This document shows positions 42,301-54,500 of a DNA stretch of 64,000 nucleotides, in pieces. A program made the translations under genes and the position numbers. How positions within the stretch are numbered: position 1 is the first letter of the stretch; each line of letters starts with the position of its first letter. Below the pieces are notes generated by a model, which had not been told where the DNA came from, ran no database searches, and was given only the letters and a program-made list of their open reading frames with translations. The stretch is from Trichoplax adhaerens (Eukaryota; Animalia; Placozoa). The DNA lies in assembly GCF_000150275.1 (NCBI RefSeq), contig NW_002060943.1, forward strand, positions 6,186,937 through 6,250,936, given 5' to 3'.

Positions 42301-42772
42301 TGAAATATTTGAATGATGGTAGGCTTAATTGGTTACAGTATATCATAGAATAAAAAATTAACTTTAACTGGATTTTTTGTTAGTTGGCTAATCAAATTAA
42401 TAAAGATCGATGATTTGTCGATTTAATTTCCTCTTAATGCTGTTATAAGTTATTTGCACGACTACATTATAAGCAGATTAGCAACATGGCGTGATTATAA
42501 TCTAAGACGATGAATATGGAAAATAAGATATTTTCCAAGCTTCATTTCGGATAAAAAAATAAAATAAAAAGACGTAAATGAAACGATCGATTAATAATAC
42601 GGGTAATAACCAACTCTAATTATGCTATGATAACTTAATTTTTTTCCTCCTATGTCCTACGTATTGTCGACATAAGTAAACGAGATCATTTACCTGCACA
42701 AACAAACATGACCGAATACTTAGGCGATTTTTTCTTTTTCCGCTTTAAAAAATTTAATCCGGTAAAGGCCAT
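36370..42772 (-). CDS. Divergent LMW-PTP (ACP1 paralogue), 6 exons
   Basis: Exons: 42772-42694 (MAFTGLNFLKRKKKKSPKYSVMFVCA), 40842-40769 (VNIQRSPMAEAIF...), 39968-39849, 39311-39250 (DFKRYRYILCMDEDNLR), 36938-36776 (AKVELLGNYDPKGERIVVDPIF...) and 36459-36370 (DYEHVFQQCWRSCNTFL). All introns are GT-AG and in frame. Confidence 0.88.
38590..39020. repeat. Degenerate ~220-230-bp tandem duplication inside the largest intron of the ACP1 paralogue
   Basis: ttctagtcatta at 38591 and 38812. ttctagctaatctcaatatctagatcgat (~38730) matches ttctagctagtctcagtacctagttcgat (~38961). Confidence 0.6.
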
Positions 42773-43446
42773 GATCTGGATTGATTGACTAAGGTTAATT
42801 ACGATTTGATAATCCTTCCTAGAATTGGATTACATTATTTTTTTATTATTTTTATTTTTATAGCTGATAAATTTACTAGCAGCCAACACAAATTGGGGAT
42901 TAGAACTAGCAGTAATATGAATCGCTACTGGATAGTCCAACTTACCCCTTGGGATAATCGCTAATGGAAATAGACTTATTCGCTTGCGATAGACAATTAA
43001 CAATAATGATGATCGCTTCCTTCTTAAATCAATTCTTACTGATAGAACGAATGGAGAGTTCGAATCTGCCTAACAGCAATCATTTTACTCTGGCTTGATC
43101 ATTTTCAATTGTATGGCGATGGTTGTGGAAAATTGTTACTTGCCAGGATTACTCTCTGATGTTGATCGGTTAGACTGTGCTAGGTGCCCGATTGACTTTA
43201 CGATCGGCTTAATTAATATCTCTCCAGCTTTTCTATAGACTGTCGATTCTTTTAAAATCACTGAAATATATAAAATATGACAGCTTGACGGATAATCAGC
43301 ACTGGCTATTATGATGTTAATTAATTATTATTCTTGATTATTGTTATGAAGATGTTAAAATAGAGTTACCAACCCCTAGTCGAAGACGACAGCCTCAACA
43401 TTCTCACTCGCTCGTTCCATGTATACTTTACGAGTATATCTATACA

Positions 43447-43575
43447 TCTCTCTCTCTCTCTATATATATATACTTGCTATATATACATGCATCTAGATAA
43501 ATATACTAGATATATATGTACATCTAGGTAAGGATACTATATATTTATATATACATACATCTATATAAGTCTATA
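43447..43575. repeat. (TC)n(TA)n microsatellite and TA-rich low-complexity tract
   Basis: tctctctctctctctatatatatata followed by several tatata runs. Confidence 0.8.
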
Positions 43576-45949
43576 CGTGCCGAAAGGTCTATGGACTGTT
43601 TGTATACATAGAGTAGCTAAGTCAATCTCAGTTCATCATGATTGGCATGATATCAACATGCCTAACTGTGAAAATAGGCCAGCTGGATAGACAATAATAT
43701 AACTGTAGGTTATTATTCTTCTTCTTCCTTATCATTGTGTCGTTATTGTATAGACAAATCTATATACGATAGATTGGAAAGAAATTTAGCCTGTACATAG
43801 AAATTGTCGCTATGATACAAAGTCTAGACTATTGATAGCTATTATCTTGATATATTTAGACTATATCTAGCCTGTATAGTATTGATCGATGCATTTAGCA
43901 ATATATTCTTATATTTTTAAGCGTAGGATCAACGACGACAATAAAAATAATATATCATATTATTCAAAAGTAACCAATACAAGGAATACTTATGAGAAAG
44001 AGAGAAGAGAAATCAACTTATTGAAAAATAAATAGACTGTAATTCCTATCCAATTATTTCTTCAACACCGATATTGAACTGCTTTAATACATTGTCGATG
44101 ACGGCTATCTATTTATTGAATCGAGATGTAATCCTTATTAATTATATTTAGCAAGGGAGGAAATGAAGGGAAAATAACCTTTTTCCGCTCAGGATTGCAA
44201 ATGTCCAAGAGTTTCATGTGAGTCCAACATCCTGCAATGGCTAAGTTAGCATCTAATTTTAGTAGGTTTTGTGTAGGCGGATTAGTAAAAAATAAACTAT
44301 TATTGATTATTTTATAAATGTTGTCCACTGCTATTCTATTCACACCATGAAAAACATCCGTAGCATTTCTACTCTCACGGCTGTAACAATAATGATATAT
44401 CAAAACTACAGAGAAAAGAACAATACAGTATACGAAATACTATTCAAGACTAGGATAATATTGTCGTAGACTTCCTTTAGATTTTAGGCTATTATGGCTA
44501 TCAATGTAGTCGTTGAGTTCATTTCATGACATACTTCAATTTGTAAGTCGATTTTTCTCTCCTTTGCTAGACAAGCGTTGCCACATGACATCAAAATGAG
44601 AGAGGATAATCAACACATCATCATTGTTACGTCTTATTCTTTTCCTCTCTCTCTGTTCAATTAGATAGCTAGGTTTGAACATCCAAAATCTAACAATATC
44701 GTAATAGAACGGTAGAATATTTTATATGGATTAGTCAATCTCTTGTGAAATCATGACATACGCGTGGGGTTTATTCTTAGTGATGGGAAATTCTTACAAT
44801 AATAACCAACTATTGATGACTATCCAACGTTTATAAAATAAAATAATATTAATCTTAACATAACTACTTGCAACTTGCCTGGATAAGTCATAACAACTAT
44901 CCTTATCCGATATGATAACTAGTAGATTTAACTAACCACGGACTAGATAGTATCTTGTTAAATGGGATATTCATTGCCTATGATTGGAACGTATACATTT
45001 TTATGGTGTATATATTTTGAGTTATTTCCTAAAATGATTGAAAAACAGAAGACCTTTGTTCCTTTATTTTTCAATACTCTCGTACAATTCGTTAATTTTA
45101 CTACAAACAGCGGACAAATAGTTAATCCGGTAGGACTAAAAATAGTCCTATACTGCTGTTGGCAGAGGTGTAGTGTTGTTCATCACCATTGTAGAGGATA
45201 TGGACAAGTCATAATTGGAAGTTTCCATTTTTATTGATAATTATCTTCCTACTGCAATAGTACAGAGTCTCTCCAACAGGTAATATAAGTGTTGCTAATT
45301 TAGATACGTATAAGGATATAGAAAAGTATCGATGGCCGATAAAAAATCAATTTTCAAGCCGTAAAACTCAGCTCAATTTTGTCATAAAATGCTAATAGCC
45401 TTTTAGTGCATATAGTATGTATTAATAACAATCGCGAAATAAAGAATAGTCTAAAAAATGAGCCTTACATGCCGATTACATGCATAAAACAAATTAGAAG
45501 CCCAGAGACATTCTGTCATGCAGATAGTGCATTTATAAGCAAACCTTTAATTATGTACAAACAACAACTATAAAATAAATAGTGTATTTGTATTAAAAAT
45601 GACTTTATAATGCGAAATCTTACGTAATTTCAATCATAAGCATAAGAATAGATTAGGGTGGAAAAACTCGATTTAATATACAACTTACTCCGTCTCAACG
45701 TCAGCCACGGAATAAATTAAGAATAACGTCCAACCTTCATTTCTGGCTATGTTTAATTTTAGAATTCAGATCATGAGTAAAGCAATGAAGGATAATGACT
45801 ATACTGTATTTATAGGTTATTTTGCCGCATTTCAACGTTAGCTAGAGAATAAGTCTACGGCAGGAAATTAAACGACTTTTAAATATTACCTAGGCTCAAT
45901 TTTATGACACTAAAATATCTGCAGAAGAATCTGCTAAGATTAAATATGG

Positions 45950-46940
45950 ATGTAGTATTATAGACCATTTGGGTGCGTTCGATATTCCTTATAGAATGAC
46001 TAAGAGATTAAAAATGACTCTCAAATGTTGTTCAAATATAGTTTTACAGCACAAAATCATCTATACAGGAATCAGCTGTAGTCTATTGCGGATGTGATGT
46101 TGATACACTATTTGGCCATATCAAAGTATTAGCTATAAGATAAATATTAAATAAGAAATCCAAAGTACCTCCGATGTTGCCAGAGCTCAATTCATTGCAT
46201 TAAATCTCAATCAAGTAATTCTACTGCACTTTTATGCCGACACAATATTAATAGACCATTTGGCTATGTTTGACAGTTAGCTATGAAATTAGAAATTAGA
46301 GGAGCTGCGATACTATAGTACTGATGCGGTATTAATACACCTTTTAGCTACATGTAACGATTGACGATGAAATTAGAAATTGGAGGATCTGCTATAATAT
46401 CATGCGGATACGGTATTGATAAATTAATTATTTGATATATTTAAACGTTAGCCATGTATTAGAAAGCAGGAGATCTGTTATAATATAGTATGGATACGGT
46501 GTTTATAGGTTCTTTAGCTGCATTAAATATTAGTGTTGGCATAAAGAAGAAGTAATGATCGACTCTTAGATGTTTTCTAGAGTCAATTTTGTAGTATGAA
46601 ATTATCAATAGCAGGAATCTCCTATTGTGAAAACAAAGCTGATAGACTATTTTGCCATAATTATTCAATTGTCAGCTATTAAATTAGAAACAAGAAAATT
46701 TGCTATAGTGTAACATGAATTCGGTATTTATAGCTCATTTGACTACGTTTAAGGGTTAACTATAAAATCAGAAAACAAGTAAATTTACTGTGGTACAATA
46801 TGTTACGAATATGATATTTTATAGACTATTTGACTATGTTAAACCATTGGCTATAAAGTCGACAATTAGGGAATTTCCAATAGTGTAATACAGATTTAGT
46901 ATTTCTTGACTATTTAGGTTAGCTATGGAATAAAGAATAA
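45950..46940. repeat. Old, degenerate ~84-bp tandem repeat
   Basis: aattagaaa-like anchor at 46287, 46371, 46457, 46682 and 46766. Recurring atagac.atttg.ctat, gcta(t)aatat and cggtatt motifs. Confidence 0.7.
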
Positions 46941-49349
46941 TTAATGTTGACTCTTTGATACTATTCGACCCAATTTTGAGTATTGCAATTATAGGCACAG
47001 GAATAAACTGCAATACAATGAGGATGGAATATTTTACAGATAAACTGCTGCGTTAGAATATTAGCGATAGCATAGATTTGAAAGTTTAATCGTTAGAATT
47101 AATGAAAGATTAAATTGACTCTCGTATGCAATCAATATTTTATAACATCAAATCGTAAGCAAGCCAATATAATCTACTATACTATACTAAAAATAATACT
47201 TATACAAATGTGATATTTATATACCACTTACTATATTTTATTAGTGTCGATCTTGGGGTAAATAGGGAAAATAAAAACGACTGTCATATATTGTCTGTGC
47301 TGATAATAGAATATAGAATGATAAGTAACGATTAATCGAAATCCTATTTCCAAAGGCCCAATTTAATTATCAGCGTGGACTGTACTCTGTCACGTACAGT
47401 ACTTTCGGGAAAGGCTATTAGGCCATGACTAATTAAATAGCTTGAAATATTCAATAATTCATTCAATATAATTATCAATAAATTATTAATATCGAAATGG
47501 ATGGAGTGTCCATCATTGCAATATACGGTACGATTAAATAAAATTGATCTTTAAACCTTTGCGCAAAGATGGCTTGTATGGTAAGGAATAAGGTCAAATT
47601 AAAATATCCTATATGATTTAAAACAATTCTGTTTGTATCTGTACTTTAACAGTTTCTTTAACTCTACTGATCTCTGTATATTTTTGAATATTGCCTCTTA
47701 CTGTTCACTTCTGATGATGTGATCCCGATTAACTAAGCCGGACATGAGCCGATTCTATTTAAATAATTGCTTCGAGATTATGGAAAGACTTTAGGTATTT
47801 TTGTCAATTCTCGGCAAATAAACTAGTCTAGAATTCGAACAATTGATAAAAATATAGATTGTAATCAGTAAATGATCCAAATTAGCGAAATGTCTGTCAT
47901 TTGACTAGCAGTTAATTTAATTAAATTAATTTTGGAGGTATAAAATAAAAGATAGACAGATTATAATGATGATATTTTAACTATAGACTACTTAATTACG
48001 GAAAATGCTTTATAATTTGTTAAATATTCTGTGATGAAATAAATAGTTTAGACTAGTTTGGATTAGCGAATTCGTAAGTAATTATTAACAGTCGGTATAA
48101 TATATGAAATCCGCAAAGATCTCTTACCATGATATTTATCTGGGTTATAATACTTACGAATAGTACCAAGAGGATAGCTACCGGGTAAATTGTTTTTTGT
48201 GCTTGTTAATTATATATTATTAGCCCAGTCATGGATAAAACTTTACGCGATTATTAGTCGTTCGTGATTAAATAATCTTTTATATAACCTTATATAAGCT
48301 GGCAAGTTCATCGCATCAAGATCATTGAATTTTGGATCGCTAAATGATTATATAGAATTATTTTCTATTTTTTGAATATTGAACATCTTTACAAGGTTGA
48401 TCTACATTTTACTATAATTTGTAGCTTTAATCCATACGTGTCAGTTAAATAGAGTTACGGATTCTGTATAATATAAAATATAGTGCCTTTCGACCAATTA
48501 TCAAATTCTTTAATCGCGGTCTATTCCACGGTCGATTACCGTACTAAATGACTGATAGATTTTCTACTATTGATTATGACTAGTAGCGTAACCTTATAAA
48601 CTGATTAGTTTTCTTACTTTAGTTCATATATTCAATTAGTTTATGTAAGAGAACAGTAATAGGCTCTGCATTTTTCGTATGTAGCTGTTCTGTGCATTGC
48701 TTGTCAATAAATACTCAAAATCATTTATATACAGCACATGAGCTAACTATTTCAAATACGATTATTGTCGACTACATCAAATATTTTCTTGGCTGAGATA
48801 GTTCTATCAATAATTATTATACTGTTAATCTATTCTTTTCCCGTATTTCTTGGATTAATTAGGAAATAATAGAATGACAGTCTTTCAGATTTCTTGGATT
48901 AAATTAGTCTGTATCGTAGAAAAAAAATGTCCTACAGATTTCATATACTCAGTTGTCGATTACTAGCCTATCACAAAAATACGAAATCGGTGGGTTAGTT
49001 GCTCCAAGTTCACGCAGTAAGAGAATAAATCAATTTTGTTGTGATTAAATTGTTACCTCACCAATGCAGAACTATTAAGAGCAATTAAACTTAAGCAATG
49101 ACTGTAATTTATTATCATACGTATCTCTAAAGAATTTGCGTGCGCATTAAATAGGATTTATTGTATCGCAATTAAATGAAATTTTAGTGCCTCCCCCATT
49201 GACGTTTTGTTGAGCGAGTAGTTTCTGGTATATTTATACGTATATAAAATTGCGTATGTAGATTACTTTGACGTAGGCTAATTAAATCCATAAGTTAGAG
49301 TAATGGGCAATTTTATTGGAAATGCTTATAATTGCTTTGATGATGAGTA

Positions 49350-51225
49350 ATATTAAGCAGTATACAATTTTAGATCGGCCGTAATGGAATTATCTGAACT
49401 ATAGGATAGCTCATTGCATCATTTTGAAAGAGGGAATGGCAGACTACTTAGTTAGGTGCCAGGTAGTCGTATTCAATTCTACTGTAGAGAGTATAGTAGA
49501 CTTTTGGATGTTCATTATTACTTCCATGCAGATTAATATAGCATACAATTTTGAATATTCCTTGATAAGTAATTTGGAATATGTTCATTGCTTAACTTTG
49601 AAAGCCTCGACGACCAATTACCTACGGAGGGTTCGAGGTGTATCTTTCCTGTACAGTACAACAGACTTATGGAGGATATTTACAATTACTCCCATGACCA
49701 AAACTATAATATACAGTTTGGATAGTCCATGATGAAATAATCTAAAATGGACAATAGTTCATTGCATTACTTTGGAAGCAGTGACGGCAGCGTTTCTTAG
49801 CAGGTCCAAGTTATATTTTATTCTATAGAGAATGATAGATATTGTTAAAGCTATCCACCATTACTTCCATGATGAAATATATGGTATGCAATTTTGGATA
49901 TTTCATAAGATAATTTTGAGAGTGGCGATGGTAGATCATCTGTTCTGTATGGGCATAGTTTATGTATTGAATTAGCGTCAAAGTACTATCCAACTATATG
50001 ACATCTGTAAATGGCTATTAATCTGCATAATACCATGTTAGGCTACAGTGTTGTATCTTAATATGGCGATAGTACTACGTATTAATTAAGCATTAATTCT
50101 AATTAGTTATACTATACACTATCTAAGCAGGTCCGAGGTATACGCGTCTTTATTTTTATAGAGTATAACAGACTTATTATGAGTATCTATTATTCCTTCT
50201 ATGATTAAAAAATAGAGTATACAATTTTAGATAGTCCATGATGAAGTAATTTGCAGTATGGAATGGCTTATGGGATTAGTTTGAAAATGGCAAGGGTAAA
50301 CTATCTATAGACAGGTCCGAGCCGAGGTATATTTATATCTGTAGTGTATGTTAAGAGTACAATGTACTTGTATTCATTATTCCTTTGACGGTGAAAGAGA
50401 GAGTATACAATTCTGGATAGTCCACGATGAAATAATCTACAGTGCGGAATATCTGATAGCCTAATTTTGAAAAATAGCAAGGGCAAACTATCTATAGACA
50501 GCTTCGAGGTATGTTTATTTCTGTAGAGTATAACAAACTTGGTAAGAGTGTTTATTATTCCTTCCATGATGGAAAATAGAGTACGCAATTCTGAATATTC
50601 CATGATGAAATAATTCTTCTGGGTTGTAGGATAGCTTCTAGTATCATTTGAAAGCAGCGAGGGCAACTATCCACAGATATGACCGGGGTACATTTGTTTT
50701 CTGTAGAGTACTGTATTAACAGATTCGGTAAGGATGTTGCTATTCCTTCCATGATGGAAAATAGAGTATGCAATTCTGGATAATCCAAGATGAAATAATT
50801 CTTCTGGGATATGGGATAGCTCCCAGCATCATTTGAAAGTAACGATGTCAAACTATCTATGGACATGTCCGAGGTACATTTGTTTTCTGTAGAGTACTGT
50901 ATTAACAGATTCGGTAAGGATGTTGCTATTCCTTCGCTGATGGAAAATAGAGTATACAATTCTGAATATTCCGTAATGAAATAAATCTTCAGGATATGGG
51001 ATAGCTCATAGTATCATTTGAAAGCAGGGGGGGGGGGCAAACTATCCACGGACATGTCCGAGGTACATTTGTTTTCTGTAGAGTAGTGTATTAACAGATT
51101 CGGTAAGGATGTTGCTATTCCTTCCATGATGGAAAATAGAGTATGCAATTCTGGATATTCCTTGATGAAATAACCTGGGATATGAAATAGCTCATCGCCT
51201 AATTTTGAAAAGTAGCGGCAACAGA
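49350..51225. repeat. ~170-190-bp tandem array (about 10 units) immediately upstream of ABCB8
   Basis: ggaaaatagagta..caattctg.ata.tcc.tgatgaaataa anchors at 50207, 50393, 50571, 50756, 50942 and 51131. More diverged copies lie near 49360, 49540, 49710 and 49885. Confidence 0.9.
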
Positions 51226-51551
51226 CCACCTGCAGTATCTACACCACGGTTATTTGCATAAAGATGTCCGTCTGGTTGCTGACTCACTATTGCATTTTAG
51301 ACGTGTTTAGCTAGCGCGGCTGCTCCTTTTCCCTGCAGATACCGTAACTCTAGTACCTCCGCTATACTGTTCCGGCACTTTTCTCTAGTAACGATCAGCA
51401 GCTTGCTTGCTTGCAACCTTGATAGGTCAAGAACTTCCAGGAGTCCTTGGATAGGTATGCAAACTGTTTACTTAACCATCGCATTCTCATTCCTGTTCCC
51501 TATTTCATCGTTAAGATTCAACAGGATTCCCCTACGAGACTTGAAATCGCT

Positions 51552-54500
51552 ATGTCGATGAGATTGATCTTAAGTGGTCCTATTCCATCCTATCATCAAT
51601 GCCTCAGTCTTGGTATGAGCCAGTGTCGTCTATTACCTCGATCAACGCTATCTCAAGGAACATTTAATCGTTGCTACTATGGCCTTCGTACAAATTCGAG
51701 GTAAGTTCTGCGCTAAATTGTGTGCTGAATTAGGCTTACTATTCATGCAAACCGACTCTAGTTTGCAGCTAGGATAAATAGAGTAATAGTGCAGATATTA
51801 CTAAGGTCTTGTTGATGAATTTCGATCCAATTAACCGTAATTAATTCATCAAGACTACATGCGTTGTTGCCTCTTGCTTCCCGTATTCCAAAATCAAGCT
51901 ACACAACATCATGTGCTTATTTATGACTTTGCATGCTGATAGATTGTTCAGTGCAGTAGGCAATTCGTAGAGAGGGGAATAGCTAATCCATTTAACCATT
52001 GATACGTATAAGACTACATAATGATCTTGTAAGCCGTTCAAAAATCAATCCATATCATGCACCCATTTTCATGTTCACACGAGATAAAATTGTTCGTCGC
52101 TGTGCACAATCGAGTAGCTGGATCAGATATCCATAACTCATCATACAGCAGTTTCCTATCCTTTATCTCCTATTCTTGGAGCAATCTAAAACTGACATAA
52201 TGTACCTGTGTGTTCGACTTAATGCCTGTATATTGTACAAGTCTACTCTACAGTACTCGTAAGCAAACTGTTGCGTATTAACACTAAGTTATAACTGAGA
52301 ACTGAAAAGTCTGCATTCGATATACGTTTATAAGACTTTCAATCAATTAACGTTTACTTCCTATGGGAAGTGTAAATTTCCATGAACTTCTACAAATAAT
52401 TTGTTTATGCATTGGGCTATGTGCTACTAAAGCACTGTAATTCAACGAAGATACCCTTCTGCCGACGAATTCGATGTATAGTAGTCATAATTCGATCAGT
52501 ACTCTGTTGTCTACGGCATGTTTGATAGTGTATTTATGAATGAACATTAATGATACAATTATTTCCTTCTTGATATCAAGGTTAAATTATACTAATACTC
52601 GATCTACTATGGCAGTTTTGGGTAATTGCCTAAGGAATCGAATCCGTCAATCTATAAAAGATCTTAATAGTTCTGTTGGACGTTGGTACTCTAGAACATG
52701 CAATCGTCCTTTTCTGTCGACCAGAATTTACTTTACATTTTCCTTACTTGGTGCAACTGCAGTCAAACAACGACATCCTAAAGCTAAATTAGGACGCAGT
52801 AAAAATGATGAATCTGATAGCAATGATGATAAAGAGATACCGTTTGACTGGAATGAATTTTTTAAGCTGCTCAAGCCGGATATATGGTTGTTAATTTTAG
52901 CTGTTGCAGTAAGTCATTGTAATATAGAATTAATTAATATAGCAGCAAAAAACATACAGTATTGATATTACAGTATTCGTATTCAAGTAAGGTTGTACAA
53001 ACTAAATTATATTGTGGATTATAATCAACTTACAGAGCGCTCTAGTTGCTGCCTTTGTCAACATCAAGATTCCAATTATGATTGGAGACTTTGTAAATGC
53101 TATGGCTCAAATGGTTTCTACTGACCAACAAGATAGCCTTCGTCAAAGTTTTCAGGATTTATTTAAGCCAGCAACTCAGCTGGTTCTTTACTATGGAGGC
53201 CAGGTGAAATCACGAGTCTATATTGCTTTTGCAGTAATATATGGCTCTAATTGTTGTTAAATTATCATTTTTACTGATTTAACTCTTCATTCCATGTCTT
53301 TTATTTCCATTAAAATATGCTTGTTAAATAGTTCATCAATCCTAATAAAAATGATCTTGGACAAATTGAACTTGTAGGCAGCGCTGACATGTACATATAT
53401 TACATTGTTATCAACTATCGGTGAAAATATAGCTGCAAGAATGAGAAAGAAACTCTTTGCCTCATTAATGAAACAAGATGTCGCCTTCTTTGATAAATAT
53501 AAGACTGGAGAAATTATTAGCAGGTTTGAATATTAATATTTAAGAATGTCCTATTATCCTCCTTTATCGTCAATGATATTGGATATTTAGAGCTACTGAG
53601 AAAACTATCTATACTCTTCTTTCAGACTAACTGCAGATATACAGGATTTTAAAAGTGCAATGAAGCAGTGCATTTCTCAAGGTGTCCGTAGTATCACACA
53701 GGTATCAAATTCTTTACGTGGACTTAAAAAATAAGTAATGGTGACTTATACAAGTACAGTATACCGGAGTCATTAGTGATTTGAATGATGCTCACCGCTC
53801 TGATGTATACCATATTAATTAGACAAATTTATAGAATTTTCGTATTTGTTGTTTTTAATAATACCTACTTGATACAGCAGTAAATACGAGTCTTCTACTA
53901 GAATATCTCCAATTTTAATATTTGTAGACCGTTGGATGTATTGTATCTCTGTATCTAATTTCTCCCAAGCTGACAACACTATTGGTCGTAGCGTTACCAT
54001 CACTGATTGCCATCGGCAGCTTTATTGGGTCTCTACTTAGAAAAATGTCCAGAAAAGTTCAGGAAAAAGTATACACATACAATAACTTTCTTATGGGTGT
54101 GGTCTTGGATTTAAACTTATATTTTGAAATGGATAAAATAATTTAATGTTGTCATTCTAGATTGCAAGCGCGACAGCAATTGCTGATGAAGCAGTCGGCA
54201 ACTTGAGAACAGTGCGTGCATTTGCTATGGAAGAAAAAGAAAAAGAGTTAGTTTTTCAATTTCATTTCAGTGCACTCGTTTTTAATGATTGAAAAATCCT
54301 TGCTCATCAATAATTATAATTGCGTCATATGCTACAGATTATACAATATCCATATTAACGAAGCTTGCAATTTGAGCAAAACACTTGGTTTTGGTATTGG
54401 ACTATTTCAGGGTTTAGCAAATTTAGCAATAAATGGTTAGACAAGCATAACTGCACCTTTTCAGAATTCGTTTAAGGGATATTTCTAACCGAGTTGCTTA

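Noticed and set aside
47350-47440. Short hairpin ctgtac..gtacag with partial reverse-complement similarity to 34625-34645
   Set aside because: The match is only ~15 bp and GTAC-based, too weak to call a dispersed element.
50301-51229. ~62-aa repeat ORFs (YPELHTLFSIMEGIATSLPNLL), superficially LRR-like
   Set aside because: Frames shift between units (periods 178 and 185 bp), stops intervene, and there is no LxxLxLxxN consensus.
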